Shown here: one piece after another, positions 28,668 through 38,616 of the stretch
How positions within the stretch are numbered: the stretch's first letter is position 1
How the letters are laid out: every line of letters begins with the position of its first letter
Source of the DNA: Candidatus Saccharimonadales bacterium
Lineage (GTDB): Bacteria; Patescibacteriota; Saccharimonadia; Saccharimonadales; UBA4665
Direction of reading: 5' to 3'
DNA length: 64,000 nucleotides
Assembly (NCBI GenBank): GCA_036263915.1
Contig: DATASD010000005.1
Location: 75,059 to 139,058 of the forward strand
Notes under the pieces: model-generated
Database searches by the model: none
The model's input: the letters and a program-made list of their open reading frames with translations, nothing else
Told to the model about the DNA's origin: nothing
Program-made: the position numbers and the translations under genes

Positions 28668-28868
28668 ATGAAAATCGCTGATATCCGTAAACTCTCGACC
28701 GAAGAGCTTACCACCGAGACCACCAAGATACGTGAGGAAATCGCCGAGCTGAAGCGCCAGCTGCACTTGGGTGAACTCCAAAATGTACGGACGATTCGCA
28801 ACAAGCGCAAGGATCTGGCTCGGATGCTCACGGTACTAAGCGATCAACTCGCGAAGGAGACAAAATAA
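28668..28868 (+). CDS. rpmC: 50S ribosomal protein L29
   Basis: 66-aa helical protein (IRKLSTEEL...ELKRQL...[14 protein letters not shown]) in the canonical position. Confidence 0.93.
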   Translation: MKIADIRKLSTEELTTETTKIREEIAELKRQLHLGELQNVRTIRNKRKDLARMLTVLSDQLAKETK

Positions 28869-29146
28869 TGGCTAAAACGATTATTGGCACCGTTTCGAGC
28901 AACAAAGCGGACAAGACCATCGTAGTCACCGTGCAGACAAGCAAGAAGCACCCGCTGTACCACAAACAGTATACGGTTAGCCGCAAGTTCATGGCACACG
29001 ACGAAAACAACGAAGCCAAAGAAGGTGACAAAGTTGCAATTGTCGAGACTCGTCCGTTGAGCCGAAGCAAGCATCACCGTCTTGAGCGCGTGATCGAAAC
29101 CGCAGCAATCCGCCACAAGGAATCGACTCCGGAGGTAGAAGCGTAA
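28868..29146 (+). CDS. rpsQ: 30S ribosomal protein S17
   Basis: [15 protein letters not shown]......HPLYHK....[26 protein letters not shown]. Confidence 0.95.
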   Translation: MAKTIIGTVSSNKADKTIVVTVQTSKKHPLYHKQYTVSRKFMAHDENNEAKEGDKVAIVETRPLSRSKHHRLERVIETAAIRHKESTPEVEA

Positions 29147-29514
29147 TGATCCAACAAGAATCACGCCTCAATGTCTGTGACAACAGCGGCGCCAAGGAAA
29201 TCTTGTGTATTCGCGTCCTCGGTGGCACCCGCCGCCGTTACGCACGTGTTGGTGACATCATTGTGGCAACCGTCAAAGACGCAAACCCACAAGGTACTGT
29301 CAAAAAGAAATCAGTTATCAAAGCAGTTGTCGTTCGTTCAACCGAGAAGATCCGTCGCAAAGACGGCTCAACCATCAAGTTTGATGATAACGCAGCTGTC
29401 GTTATCGATGACAACAAGCAACCACGCGCAACCCGCATCTTCGGGCCAGTGCCACGCGAACTGCGTGACCTCGGCTACGCCAAGATCGTGTCGCTTGCGC
29501 CGGAGGTACTATAA
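29146..29514 (+). CDS. rplN: 50S ribosomal protein L14
   Basis: [25 protein letters not shown]. Confidence 0.97.
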   Translation: MIQQESRLNVCDNSGAKEILCIRVLGGTRRRYARVGDIIVATVKDANPQGTVKKKSVIKAVVVRSTEKIRRKDGSTIKFDDNAAVVIDDNKQPRATRIFGPVPRELRDLGYAKIVSLAPEVL

Positions 29515-29840
29515 TGGAAATGTTTAAAATTCGTTTGAAAAAGGGCGACACCGTTATGGTTCGCACGGGCAAGTACAAAGGTCAGACTGGTAAAGTTTTG
29601 GCTACGCACCCCCGCGAGAACAAGGTGACCGTCGAAGGCATCAACATCGTCAAGAAGCACGTCAAGCCGAACCGAGCTAACCCACAAGGTGGCATCATTG
29701 AACTGACCAAGCCAATTGCCGTATCAAAAGTTGGTATTCTCGACGCTACCGCCAAGAAACCGTCGCGCATCGGCTACAAAGTCGACAAAGATGGCAACAA
29801 AACCCGCGTACTCAAAACGAGCGGCAAGGAGATCAAATAA
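29514..29840 (+). CDS. rplX: 50S ribosomal protein L24
   Basis: KKGDTVMVRTGKYKGQTGKVL (KOW motif) in the canonical position. Confidence 0.94.
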   Translation: MEMFKIRLKKGDTVMVRTGKYKGQTGKVLATHPRENKVTVEGINIVKKHVKPNRANPQGGIIELTKPIAVSKVGILDATAKKPSRIGYKVDKDGNKTRVLKTSGKEIK

Positions 29841-30421
29841 TGGCTGAAAAGAAAACCGCTGCTGTTCAATCGACTGCTCGTTTCCGCGACATGTACCACA
29901 CCACTTTCGCCGCTGAACTCCAAAAGGAGCTCGGCCTCGCGAATGCGCACCAGGTACCTAAGCTCGAAAAAATCGTGGTAAACGTCGGCTTGGGCCGCGC
30001 AAAAGACGACAAAAAGATCATGGAAGTGGCTGCAAACACCCTTCGTAAGATCACTGGCCAGGAACCAATGGAAACTGTAGCCAAAAACTCAATCGCCGGT
30101 TTTAAACTGCGTGAAGGTAACAAGATCGGCCTAAAGGTCACCCTCCGCGGCGACCGCATGTATGAATTCCTTGATCGCCTGGTAAGCATTGTGCTGCCGC
30201 GCTTGCGCGACTTCCACGGTGTAAGTCTCAAAGCTTTTGATAAATCAGGTAACTTCAGCATCGGCCTGACCGATCAATCAGTATTTCCTGAACTAACCTT
30301 CGATGAAACGACCACTCCGCACGGCCTGCAAGCTGTATTCGTAATCAAATGCGAAGAACCAGCACACGCCCGTGCATTGTTAACCAAGTTTGGCATGCCA
30401 TTCGAGAAGGAGAACAAATAA
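29840..30421 (+). CDS. rplE: 50S ribosomal protein L5
   Basis: [14 protein letters not shown]...ITGQ.P....[29 protein letters not shown]. Confidence 0.96.
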   Translation: MAEKKTAAVQSTARFRDMYHTTFAAELQKELGLANAHQVPKLEKIVVNVGLGRAKDDKKIMEVAANTLRKITGQEPMETVAKNSIAGFKLREGNKIGLKVTLRGDRMYEFLDRLVSIVLPRLRDFHGVSLKAFDKSGNFSIGLTDQSVFPELTFDETTTPHGLQAVFVIKCEEPAHARALLTKFGMPFEKENK

Positions 30422-30690
30422 TGGCTAAGAAATCAATCATTGTACGTGACCTCAAGCGCCAGAAGATGATCCAGAAGTACGCAGCCAAACGCGCTGAGCT
30501 CAAAGAACTTGGCGACCAAGAAGGTTTGGCTAAGTTGCCTCGCAACTCGTCACCAACCCGCTGGAAAAACCGCTGCGTCGAAACGGGTCGCCCCCACGCA
30601 TACATGCGCACCTTCGGCTTGAGCCGTATCGCGTTTCGCGAGCACGCATCCAAGGGTGAAATCCCTGGCGTAACAAAGGCAAGTTGGTAG
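30421..30690 (+). CDS. rpsN: 30S ribosomal protein S14 (long, Zn-free type, 89 aa)
   Basis: [24 protein letters not shown]...[25 protein letters not shown]...[10 protein letters not shown]. The ATG at 30421 overlaps the rplE stop. There is only one Cys. Confidence 0.93.
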   Translation: MAKKSIIVRDLKRQKMIQKYAAKRAELKELGDQEGLAKLPRNSSPTRWKNRCVETGRPHAYMRTFGLSRIAFREHASKGEIPGVTKASW

Positions 30691-30707
30691 AAAGGAAGAA
30701 TGAGAAT

Positions 30708-31103
30708 ATGGTTTCAACTGATCCAATCGCTGACATGCTGACTCGCATCCGTAACGCTGTTGCGGTTCGCAAGCACGAAATTAGCTTGCCGCACTCAAAA
30801 GTTAAACAATCTGTTGCAGAACTTCTCAAAACCAATGGTTTCGTTAAGGACGTAGCAGTTGCCGAGAGCGGCATCAACAAAACCCTCAAAATCGTTATCA
30901 ACGACGCGAGCGAAAACGCCCGTATCACCGAAATTGTTCGCATGAGCAAACCTGGTCGCCGCGCCTACAAGGGTGCAGGTGAAATTCCAGTCGTCAAACG
31001 CGGCCGTGGTCTCGTCATTGTCTCAACCTCTAAAGGTATGATGACTGGCGATCAAGCCCGCAAACTTGGCGTCGGTGGTGAACTGATTTGTAAGGTATAT
31101 TAA
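30708..31103 (+). CDS. rpsH: 30S ribosomal protein S8
   Basis: MVSTDPIADMLTRIRNA. The ATG at 30708 has an AAAGGAAG RBS. The track start at 30684 (TTG) overlaps rpsN. Confidence 0.95.
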   Translation: MVSTDPIADMLTRIRNAVAVRKHEISLPHSKVKQSVAELLKTNGFVKDVAVAESGINKTLKIVINDASENARITEIVRMSKPGRRAYKGAGEIPVVKRGRGLVIVSTSKGMMTGDQARKLGVGGELICKVY

Positions 31104-31121
31104 TAAGAAGAAGGAAATCCG

Positions 31122-31661
31122 ATGAGTCGAGTAGGAAAACTGCCCATCAACATCCCAAGCGGTGTGACAATCACTGTCGACCCCGATTTCGTTACTGTCG
31201 CTGGCTCTAAGGGCACGCTCAAGCAGTTCACGATGCCGGGTGTCACGGTTGAACAACAAGACAGCCAAGTAGTCGTCACCCGCGAGAACGACGAGCCTAT
31301 GATTCGTGCCAAGCACGGTCTTATGCGCGCCCTCATTAACAACATGGTCACTGGTGTGAGTGCCGGCTTTAGCAAAAAGCTTGAAATCAACGGTGTTGGT
31401 TTCCGCGTTGCACTGCAAGGTACCGACCTCAAGTTTAACTTAGGTTTCTCACACGATGTGATCTACCATCTGCCAACCGGCATTACCGCTGTCATCGAAC
31501 AGAACACCGTGACGGTGACTGGCATCGACAAACAGCAAGTCGGCCAGGTAGCTGCCGAAATTCGCGCGCTTAAGAAGCCTGAGCCATACAAAGGCAAGGG
31601 TATCAAGTACGCTGACGAGCGCATTATCCGCAAGAGTGGTAAGTCAGGTAAGGACAAGTAG
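31122..31661 (+). CDS. rplF: 50S ribosomal protein L6
   Basis: [13 protein letters not shown]...[11 protein letters not shown]. Confidence 0.96.
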   Translation: MSRVGKLPINIPSGVTITVDPDFVTVAGSKGTLKQFTMPGVTVEQQDSQVVVTRENDEPMIRAKHGLMRALINNMVTGVSAGFSKKLEINGVGFRVALQGTDLKFNLGFSHDVIYHLPTGITAVIEQNTVTVTGIDKQQVGQVAAEIRALKKPEPYKGKGIKYADERIIRKSGKSGKDK

Positions 31662-31669
31662 GAATAGCT

Positions 31670-32026
31670 ATGAATAAACTTGCACACAAATTACAGAACC
31701 GTTTGCTTCGCAAAGGCCGCGTGCGCGCAGTTGTTTCAGGCACTGCCGAACGCCCTCGCTTGAGCGTGCACATCAGCAATCAACATATCACCGCACAACT
31801 CATTGATGACGCTACGCAAAAGACACTTGCATACGTCTCTACTGTCGGTAAAAAAGCTGCCGCTGGCACTATGACCGAGCGCGCTGCTTGGGTGGGCGCC
31901 GAAGTTGCCAAGAAAGCAAAAGCCGCTAAGGTAAGTAAAGTGGTATTCGACCGCAATGGCCGTTTATATCACGGTCGCGTTCAAGCGTTGGCAGATGCAG
32001 CTCGTAACGCAGGATTGGAGTTTTAA
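31670..32026 (+). CDS. rplR: 50S ribosomal protein L18
   Basis: [20 protein letters not shown]...VVFDRNG.LYHGRV.ALADAAR..GL.F. Confidence 0.95.
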   Translation: MNKLAHKLQNRLLRKGRVRAVVSGTAERPRLSVHISNQHITAQLIDDATQKTLAYVSTVGKKAAAGTMTERAAWVGAEVAKKAKAAKVSKVVFDRNGRLYHGRVQALADAARNAGLEF

Positions 32027-32028
32027 TC

Positions 32029-32589
32029 ATGCCGCAGGATCAACAACGAAACCGCCGCAATCCACGCAACGACGTGCCGGCAGAAGAAAAACAATTTGAC
32101 GAGCGCGTCATGCATATCGACCGCGTGGCTCGCGTCGTAAAGGGCGGCCGTCGCTTCCGTTTCCGTGCACTTGTTGTGGTCGGTGACCGCAAAAACCGTG
32201 TCGGTATCGGTCTGAGCAAAGGCGCCGACGTAACCGCAGCTGTCACCAAGGCTACTGAGGTTGCCAAGAAACACCTCATTACTGTAACCTTGCACAAAGA
32301 AACCTTGCCACACGAAGCCGAAGCCAAAGTGAGCGGTGCGCGCATCCTCATCAAGCCAGCGAGTGCTGGTACCGGTTTGATCGCCGGTGGTGTAGTGCGC
32401 ACTATCCTCGAAGTTGCTGGCGTACGCAACGCACTCAGTAAATCGCTCGGCTCAACCAACAAAGCCAACACGGCTTACGCAACGATTGCCGCATTGCAAT
32501 CAATCGAACCAGCTATGAACTGGGTTACCAAAGCTAGCAGTGCCAAGGCCGCAAAAAAGCCTGTCGCTGCCAAAAGCGAGGATAAATAA
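32029..32589 (+). CDS. rpsE: 30S ribosomal protein S5 (Lys/Ala-rich C-terminal extension)
   Basis: V..IDRVARVVKGGRRFRFRALVVVGD....VG.G.....V..A and GTGLIAGG..R. Confidence 0.95.
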   Translation: MPQDQQRNRRNPRNDVPAEEKQFDERVMHIDRVARVVKGGRRFRFRALVVVGDRKNRVGIGLSKGADVTAAVTKATEVAKKHLITVTLHKETLPHEAEAKVSGARILIKPASAGTGLIAGGVVRTILEVAGVRNALSKSLGSTNKANTAYATIAALQSIEPAMNWVTKASSAKAAKKPVAAKSEDK

Positions 32590-33062
32590 TGAAGTACAAC
32601 GAATTACAAATCCAAGCCAACAAATCAGCGAAGCGCGTTGGTCGTGGCATCGCTGCCGGCCAGGGTAAAACCGCTGGCCGCGGTACCAAGGGCCAGATGT
32701 CTCGTACCGGTGCCAAGCGCCGCCCAGGTTTTGAAGGTGGTCAAAACCCGCTTATGCAGCGTTTGCCAAAATTGCCTGGCTTCCGCTCATACCGCGTACA
32801 AGCAGAGAATGTTTACACCGGTCAACTCGACCAGTTCGCTGGCAAAACGGTAGACACTGCTGTGCTCGCCGACGCCGGTCTCATCACGAGCCCTTACGTC
32901 CGCGTTAAACTGCTCAGTAAAGGCGACGTCACCAAAAAAGTGGCCGTCAAACTGCAGAACGCAAGTGCGCAAGCGATTGAAGCTGTGCAAAAGGCTGGCG
33001 GCTCATTCGAGAAAGTCGGCCGCGTTGGTCGCCCGGCTGCAAAGCCTAAAAAAGAAGCCTAA
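32589..33062 (+). CDS. rplO: 50S ribosomal protein L15
   Basis: RVGRGIAAGQGKTAGRGTKGQ..R.G....GFEGGQ.PL..RLPK. The ATG overlaps the rpsE stop, so no rpmD (L30) lies between them. Confidence 0.95.
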   Translation: MKYNELQIQANKSAKRVGRGIAAGQGKTAGRGTKGQMSRTGAKRRPGFEGGQNPLMQRLPKLPGFRSYRVQAENVYTGQLDQFAGKTVDTAVLADAGLITSPYVRVKLLSKGDVTKKVAVKLQNASAQAIEAVQKAGGSFEKVGRVGRPAAKPKKEA

Positions 33063-33077
33063 AAACTCTTTGGCCGT

Positions 33078-33106
33078 AAAGAGGTCCATCTGCTGGACCT
33101 CTTTTC
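33078..33106 (+). terminator. Rho-independent terminator between rplO and secY
   Basis: AAAGAGGTCCA / TCTGC / TGGACCTCTTT followed by T. Confidence 0.7.
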
Positions 33107-33260
33107 ATTTGTATGCAATACTGGGATTTACTAGAGTGGCGGCTACATTGCCGGCAAAACGAAAACAGCGCCCGAAGCAGAAGTCGCGGAAAAATAAGGT
33201 GACGAGCAGGCGGTTGATACGCTATACTACCTAGGAATTGCAGATGAGGACAGAATAAAC

Positions 33261-34763
33261 ATGAACTGGAAAGTTATTTGGCGCTCGCTTAAATCTAAAG
33301 ATATGCGTAAGCGTATTTTTGCTGTCTTAGGTATTTTGTTGGTATTTCGTATTATGGCGCACATTCCGGTGCCGCTCAGCGACCCGCAAACCCTAAAACA
33401 GGTACTTGAGAACATCTTTAACTCCAGCACGCAGCAAAACGGCACGCAGCTCCTCAGCTTTATCAACGTGCTCTCGGGTGGCGCGCTCGCTAACTTCTCG
33501 ATCATGATCGCCGGCATGGGGCCGTACATTAATGCATCTATTATCATGCAGCTGCTTACCAAGGCAATTCCTAAGCTGGAGGCCCTCCACAAAGAAGGTG
33601 AATATGGGCAAAAGAAAATCAATCAGTACACGCGTATTATTACATTCCCGCTTGCGATCATTCAGTCAATTGGAGCTATTTATCTCGTACGCCAGTCTGC
33701 ACAGAGCATTGGCGGTATCGGCGACATCACCGCCCACTCATCGTTTATTCAATGGGTGTTGATGGTGGCCGCGCTCACTGGTGGTTCGATGCTTCTTATG
33801 TGGCTCGGTGAGCTGATCACCGAACAAAGCATCGGAAATGGTATCTCGCTGATTATTACTGTCGGCATTGTGAGCAGCCTGCCGCAAACAATCAGTAGCA
33901 TTGTAAATTCTATCGTAAATAAATCGAACAAGTGGGTAATATGGGGCCACCAGTTGCCAATTAGTAAAACGTCGCTCCTCTATGGCCTTATTATTTTGGC
34001 AGCGGTTATTATTGTCACGTGGCTCGTGGTGATGCTCAATGAAGCAGCCAGACGTATTACCATCAACTATGCCAAGCGAGTGCAGGGAAATCGTGCCTAC
34101 GGTGGCGTCACGACCATTTTGCCCGTCAAACTGATTACCGCTGGCGTGGTGCCAATCATCTTTGCCGTTGCATTCCTGAGCGTGCCGAGCTTCGTCGGAC
34201 AGTTGCTCACCAGCGCTAAGAGTGCCAATCTGCAACAAATCGGTACCAACCTCGCAACCTGGTTTCAGGCTCCATCGGCCAGCACATTTGCACAAGGCGG
34301 TTGGCATCCATATATTTACCCAGCCGTGTATTTCTTGCTCGTGTTTGTCTTTACGTTCTTCTACACGAGCGTAACCTTCAACAGCAAAGAAATTGCCGAA
34401 AACCTCCAAAAACAAGGTGGCTTTATCGAGGGTGTCCGCTCTGGCGTGCAAACCGAAAAACATTTGGGCAAAATCGTGAACCGTTTAACGTTTTTTGGTG
34501 CGCTAAGCCTTGGTTTGCTTGCGCTATTCCCCATCATTGCCCAGGCCTTCCTGAGCACCAACATCGCTATCGGCGGCACCAGCGTGTTGATCTTGGTGTC
34601 CGTATCGCTCGAAACGCTTCGTGCGGTTGAATCACGCGCGCTTATGGTCACCTATGACCAATACAGCCAGCCCGATTTCTTCCAAGACATGGACGAAGAC
34701 GACCTCAAAAGTACGAAAAAGCGCCGGTTTAGTTTGCTTCCGTTCCGACGCAAACGTTCTTAA
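33261..34763 (+). CDS. secY: preprotein translocase subunit SecY (long charged C-terminal tail)
   Basis: A 10-TM-like pattern with the SecY blocks ALGI.P.I.ASII.QLL, YGGV.T.LP.K and the GG.I.G.RSG analogue (GGFIEGVRSG). Confidence 0.95.
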   Translation: MNWKVIWRSLKSKDMRKRIFAVLGILLVFRIMAHIPVPLSDPQTLKQVLENIFNSSTQQNGTQLLSFINVLSGGALANFSIMIAGMGPYINASIIMQLLTKAIPKLEALHKEGEYGQKKINQYTRIITFPLAIIQSIGAIYLVRQSAQSIGGIGDITAHSSFIQWVLMVAALTGGSMLLMWLGELITEQSIGNGISLIITVGIVSSLPQTISSIVNSIVNKSNKWVIWGHQLPISKTSLLYGLIILAAVIIVTWLVVMLNEAARRITINYAKRVQGNRAYGGVTTILPVKLITAGVVPIIFAVAFLSVPSFVGQLLTSAKSANLQQIGTNLATWFQAPSASTFAQGGWHPYIYPAVYFLLVFVFTFFYTSVTFNSKEIAENLQKQGGFIEGVRSGVQTEKHLGKIVNRLTFFGALSLGLLALFPIIAQAFLSTNIAIGGTSVLILVSVSLETLRAVESRALMVTYDQYSQPDFFQDMDEDDLKSTKKRRFSLLPFRRKRS

Positions 34764-34838
34764 GAAATTTCGAGAACGGTTGCATAAAAGCTCAGATAGA
34801 CGTAGGATATACGTAACTTTACCTAATCGGAGCCTGTA

Positions 34839-35291
34839 GTGATGAAATTTGAAGGCAGCGAACAATCATACCAAGAAAAGCTTTTAGAAACTCTTACAAC
34901 CACCGATAAAGTGGTATTTATCGACCTCGAAAAGAATAATATAGACCGCATCGGTAGTATAGCCGAACAGCTTCATAATCCTGCTATCCAAATTGATCAT
35001 GTTGAGGGGCTCAGCTCTGTAGAAGGCGAAGAAACTCAGACTCCTCGTCTTAGAGATATCCCAGACTTCCCGCCGTCCGGTAATACGGGCATAGTGACAG
35101 AAGGCCTGGAGAAGTATGTGCGAGAACATCCTGAAATATTCCGGCCGCAACATGTAGAAGCATTCTCTCGGGACGAAGAAGGTCAGCAAACAACATCTCC
35201 ATATGAAATGTATATTATTTCCGACGGCACGCTACCTTTGCCTGCTGCCGATGTTGCCGAGCAACAAGAGCTTCCGCGAGAAGAGCAATAA
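34839..35291 (+). CDS. hypothetical acidic 150-aa protein at the position normally held by adk/map
   Basis: ORF (GTG at 34839 or ATG at 34842) between secY and infA. No P-loop (not adenylate kinase) and no MetAP motifs. Confidence 0.45.
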   Translation: MMKFEGSEQSYQEKLLETLTTTDKVVFIDLEKNNIDRIGSIAEQLHNPAIQIDHVEGLSSVEGEETQTPRLRDIPDFPPSGNTGIVTEGLEKYVREHPEIFRPQHVEAFSRDEEGQQTTSPYEMYIISDGTLPLPAADVAEQQELPREEQ

Positions 35292-35312
35292 AATTTCTTA
35301 TCTTAATAAGTG

Positions 35313-35341
35313 TTGTAATTGTCAGGCCATGTTGCTATAAT
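35313..35341 (+). promoter_or_regulatory. sigma70-like promoter upstream of infA (TTGTAA-N17-TATAAT)
   Basis: TTGTAA at 35313-35318, a 17-nt spacer, TATAAT at 35336-35341. Confidence 0.5.
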
Positions 35342-35357
35342 CTAATGAGTTATATTT

Positions 35358-35579
35358 ATGGCTACTAACAAGGAAGTAATCGAGTTAACGGGAACAATTA
35401 TTGAGACCCTTCCGGGCACTCAATTTCGTGTTGAACTCGAGAACGGCCATCAAATAATAGCTCACGTCGCTGGCAAGATGCGAAAACATTACATTCGAAT
35501 CGTGCCGGGCGATAGCGTTACGGTTGAGTTGACCCCTTACGATCTCACGAAGGGCAGAATCACCTATCGCCGATCATAA
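35358..35579 (+). CDS. infA: translation initiation factor IF-1
   Basis: [61 protein letters not shown]. Confidence 0.97.
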   Translation: MATNKEVIELTGTIIETLPGTQFRVELENGHQIIAHVAGKMRKHYIRIVPGDSVTVELTPYDLTKGRITYRRS

Positions 35580-35625
35580 AATATAAGCAGTGTGTCATGC
35601 ACTGGGAAATAGGAGCATGATCCGC

Positions 35626-35742
35626 ATGAAAGTGCGTGCAAGTGTCAAGAAGATCAGTCCCGATGACAAGATCGTCCGACGTAAAGGACGTCTTTATGTT
35701 ATTAACAAACTTAAGCCAAAGCACAAGCAACGGCAGGGATAA
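35626..35742 (+). CDS. rpmJ: 50S ribosomal protein L36 (Cys-free type, 38 aa); not in the ORF track
   Basis: Translates to [46 protein letters not shown] at 35611-35615. Canonical infA-rpmJ-rpsM position. Confidence 0.9.
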   Translation: MKVRASVKKISPDDKIVRRKGRLYVINKLKPKHKQRQG

Positions 35743-35749
35743 ATAGAGT

Positions 35750-36136
35750 ATGGCACGAATTTCCGGGGTTACGATTCCCTCAGAGAAACAAATCCATGTT
35801 GCATTGACCTATGTCTATGGCATTGGGCCAAAAAGCAGCAACGACATCCTGATCGGTGCAAAGGTTGAGCCAACCGTCCGCGCCAAAGATCTCACTGATG
35901 CTGAGATCAGCCGCATTCAGGATATTATCAACGAAAGCTACACTGTTGAAGGTGAGTTGCAGCGCATTGTCGCCGGCAACATCAAGCGCCTAAAGGACAT
36001 CAACGCGTATCGTGGTATGCGCCACAAGGCAAGTCTGCCTTCTCGTGGTCAGCGCACCAAAACGAACGCACGGACTCGCCGCGGCCGCAAATCGACCGTC
36101 GGTGGTACCGCTAAGAAAGTTCCGTCAAAGACGTAG
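35750..36136 (+). CDS. rpsM: 30S ribosomal protein S13
   Basis: MARISGV.IP..K.....LTYVYGIG...[20 protein letters not shown]. Confidence 0.97.
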   Translation: MARISGVTIPSEKQIHVALTYVYGIGPKSSNDILIGAKVEPTVRAKDLTDAEISRIQDIINESYTVEGELQRIVAGNIKRLKDINAYRGMRHKASLPSRGQRTKTNARTRRGRKSTVGGTAKKVPSKT

Positions 36137-36150
36137 GATAGGTAAGGATA

Positions 36151-36549
36151 ATGGCAGATACAACCACAACGGCTCCTAAGAAAAAGAAAGCCAAGCGCGC
36201 TATTGCCACCGGGCAAGTGCACATTTTGGCTACATTCAATAACACCATCGTAACTTTCACCGACCAAAACGGCGGCGCATTGAGCGCTGCAAGTGCTGGT
36301 GGCTGCGGCTTCCGCGGCTCTAAAAAAGGTACGGCTTACGCTGCGCAAGTTGCCGCCGAAAAAGCCGGTAACGCCGCAAAGCAATTGCACGGCTTCAACA
36401 AGGCTGACGTGTTCGTAAAAGGTGTGGGCCTTGGCCGCGACGCTGCAGTCCGCGCGCTCGCTGGTATGGACATTCAAGTAGAAAAAATTGTAGACGTAAC
36501 TGGCGTGCCACATGGTGGCGTTCGTCCTAAGAAAGCACGTCGCATCTAG
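36151..36549 (+). CDS. rpsK: 30S ribosomal protein S11
   Basis: G.VHI.ATFNNTIVT.TD..G......SAG..GFRGSKK.T.YAAQ. Confidence 0.97.
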   Translation: MADTTTTAPKKKKAKRAIATGQVHILATFNNTIVTFTDQNGGALSAASAGGCGFRGSKKGTAYAAQVAAEKAGNAAKQLHGFNKADVFVKGVGLGRDAAVRALAGMDIQVEKIVDVTGVPHGGVRPKKARRI

Positions 36550-36565
36550 GGGCAAAGGATAGATT

Positions 36566-37183
36566 ATGGCACGAGATACCCAATCAATCGTTAAAATGTC
36601 CCGCCGCGAAGGCTACGCATTGCACCCCAAGGCCCACAAAGCTTTGGTCAAACGCAGCGCCACGCCGGGTCAGCAAGGAAACGGCCGTCGCCCAAGCAAG
36701 CCCAGCCAATACTCTTTGCAACTTCGCGAAAAGCAAAAAGTAAAACGCCTGTACGGTTTGCTTGAAAAACAATTCAGCAACCTGATGAAAGAAGCTTCGC
36801 GCAAACAAGGCCAGGCCGGTGCAGTGCTTCTGCAATTGCTTGAGCAACGCGCCGACAACGCTGTATACCGCGCTGGCTTCGCACCATCACGCCGCGCTGC
36901 GCGCCAACTCGTGACCCATGGTCACTTTATGTTGAACGGCCGCCGTGTTGACATTCCATCAATCCGCCTCAAGGCAGGTGATGTTCTCGTTGTCCGCGAC
37001 CACAGCAAAGCAAGCGAATACTTCAAGAAAATGGATGACATCAGCCCAGCACCATCGACAACTCCCGGCTGGCTGAAGGTGAATCGCAAAAATATCGAAC
37101 TGCAAGTTACTGGTGTTCCAACCCGCGAGGAAGCCGAACCCGACATTAACGAGCAATTAATTGTGGAATACTACTCACGCTAA
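36566..37183 (+). CDS. rpsD: 30S ribosomal protein S4
   Basis: S.Y..QLREKQKVKR.YG..EKQF and an S4 RNA-binding domain (RADNAVYR.GFA.SR..ARQLV.HGH...NG..V.IPS). Confidence 0.96.
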   Translation: MARDTQSIVKMSRREGYALHPKAHKALVKRSATPGQQGNGRRPSKPSQYSLQLREKQKVKRLYGLLEKQFSNLMKEASRKQGQAGAVLLQLLEQRADNAVYRAGFAPSRRAARQLVTHGHFMLNGRRVDIPSIRLKAGDVLVVRDHSKASEYFKKMDDISPAPSTTPGWLKVNRKNIELQVTGVPTREEAEPDINEQLIVEYYSR

Positions 37184-37200
37184 GGGAGGATGAGTTACAT

Positions 37201-38151
37201 ATGTCAAAGACAATTCACACGCCGGGCTATGTCAAAGTTGATGACCACAGTGCTACAAGCAGCACCTTTTTGGTCGAACCTTTGCACAGCGGCTACGGTA
37301 TGACACTCGGTAACTCGTTGCGCCGCGTTTTGCTCTCGAGCATTTCCGGTGCTGCCGTTACTAGCTTTAAAATTGAAGGTGCAACTCACGAATTTACCAC
37401 GATTTCAGGTGTCAAAGAAGACATCGTCGACATCATGCTGAATCTTAAGAGTCTTCGTTTCCGCGTCTTTAGCGACGAGCCACAAACACTTCGCATCGTT
37501 AAGCAGGGCAAGGGTGCTATTACCGCCAAAGACATCCAGACAAATGCTGATGTCGAGGTAGTAAACCCAGAGCACGTGATTGCAACGCTCGACGACGACA
37601 AATCTAAGTTCGTTATGGACTTGGTTGTCGAGACTGGCCGCGGCTACCGCGCCATCGAAGAGAGCGCCAGCAAAAAGGCAAGCGATCATGTAGCACTCGA
37701 CGCTATCTTCACACCGGTGTTGCGCGTACGCTACAAGGTAGAAAATACCCGCGTCGGCCAAATGACTGACCTCGACAAACTCTACCTCACGGTCGACACC
37801 GACGGCACCATCACCCCTGCTGACGCCTTCGAAGAAGCAGCAGCCATCTTGGTTAACCAATACACTGCGCTCGCTGGTAAGACTAAAGTTGAACCAGGCG
37901 AACAGCTCGGTGCACCTGCACAGTCAGCCAGCCAAGATCAGAGCGACGGCGGTGACGAACCCACAGCTCTTGACACTTCAATCGAAGATCTCAATCTGTC
38001 AGCTCGCACCACCAACGCACTCATCAACAACGATATTCACACCATCAAGGACTTGTTCTCTTTGAGTGATGCCGAACTCCGCGACCTTAAAGGTTTCGGC
38101 AGCAAAGCCCTTGACGAAGTTAAAGAAAAGTTAGCGGAGTTGGAGCTCTAA
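37201..38151 (+). CDS. rpoA: DNA-directed RNA polymerase alpha subunit
   Basis: EPL..GYG.TLGNSLRRVLLSSI.GAA.T and a C-terminal domain (LNLSARTTNAL....I.TI.DL). Confidence 0.96.
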   Translation: MSKTIHTPGYVKVDDHSATSSTFLVEPLHSGYGMTLGNSLRRVLLSSISGAAVTSFKIEGATHEFTTISGVKEDIVDIMLNLKSLRFRVFSDEPQTLRIVKQGKGAITAKDIQTNADVEVVNPEHVIATLDDDKSKFVMDLVVETGRGYRAIEESASKKASDHVALDAIFTPVLRVRYKVENTRVGQMTDLDKLYLTVDTDGTITPADAFEEAAAILVNQYTALAGKTKVEPGEQLGAPAQSASQDQSDGGDEPTALDTSIEDLNLSARTTNALINNDIHTIKDLFSLSDAELRDLKGFGSKALDEVKEKLAELEL

Positions 38152-38616
38152 ATGCATCGTCACGGATATCAAGGCCGAAAACTGCACCGCAAGCGTGACC
38201 AACGTGTTGCGCTCGTGAAGGGCCTCGCCGACTCACTCGTTAAGTACGAGTCAATCGAGACCACCCTTCCTAAGGCCAAAGAAGTGGTGCCTTACGTAGA
38301 AAAATTAATCACCAAAGCTAAAAAGGGCGACTTACACAACCGCCGCCAGGTGATCAGCAAGCTGCAAACTATCGAGAGCGCACACAAGCTCGTCGACGAA
38401 CTCGCCCCTAAAATGGGCAAGCGCAGTAGCGGTCACCTCCGCATCGTTAAGACCAGCCTTCGCCGCGGCGACAACGCTCAGCTTGCTCGCGTAAGCTTTG
38501 TAGACGACCTCAAAGAGGCGCCCGTTGCGAAAGCAGCAGCCGAGGTTAAAGCTAAAACTCCAGCTGCTAAAGCCGCTCCCAAAAAGAGCGCGGCAAAGCC
38601 CAAGGAGACTAAATAA
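38152..38616 (+). CDS. rplQ: 50S ribosomal protein L17 (Ala/Lys-rich tail)
   Basis: MHRHGYQGRKL.R..DQR.AL...LA.SL...E.IETTL.KAKE. Confidence 0.95.
   Translation: MHRHGYQGRKLHRKRDQRVALVKGLADSLVKYESIETTLPKAKEVVPYVEKLITKAKKGDLHNRRQVISKLQTIESAHKLVDELAPKMGKRSSGHLRIVKTSLRRGDNAQLARVSFVDDLKEAPVAKAAAEVKAKTPAAKAAPKKSAAKPKETK

Noticed and set aside
32965-33234. 89-aa ORF spanning the rplO 3' end and the rplO-secY spacer
   Set aside because: It overlaps rplO out of frame and crosses a strong terminator. It has an Arg/Lys/Ser-rich artefact composition.
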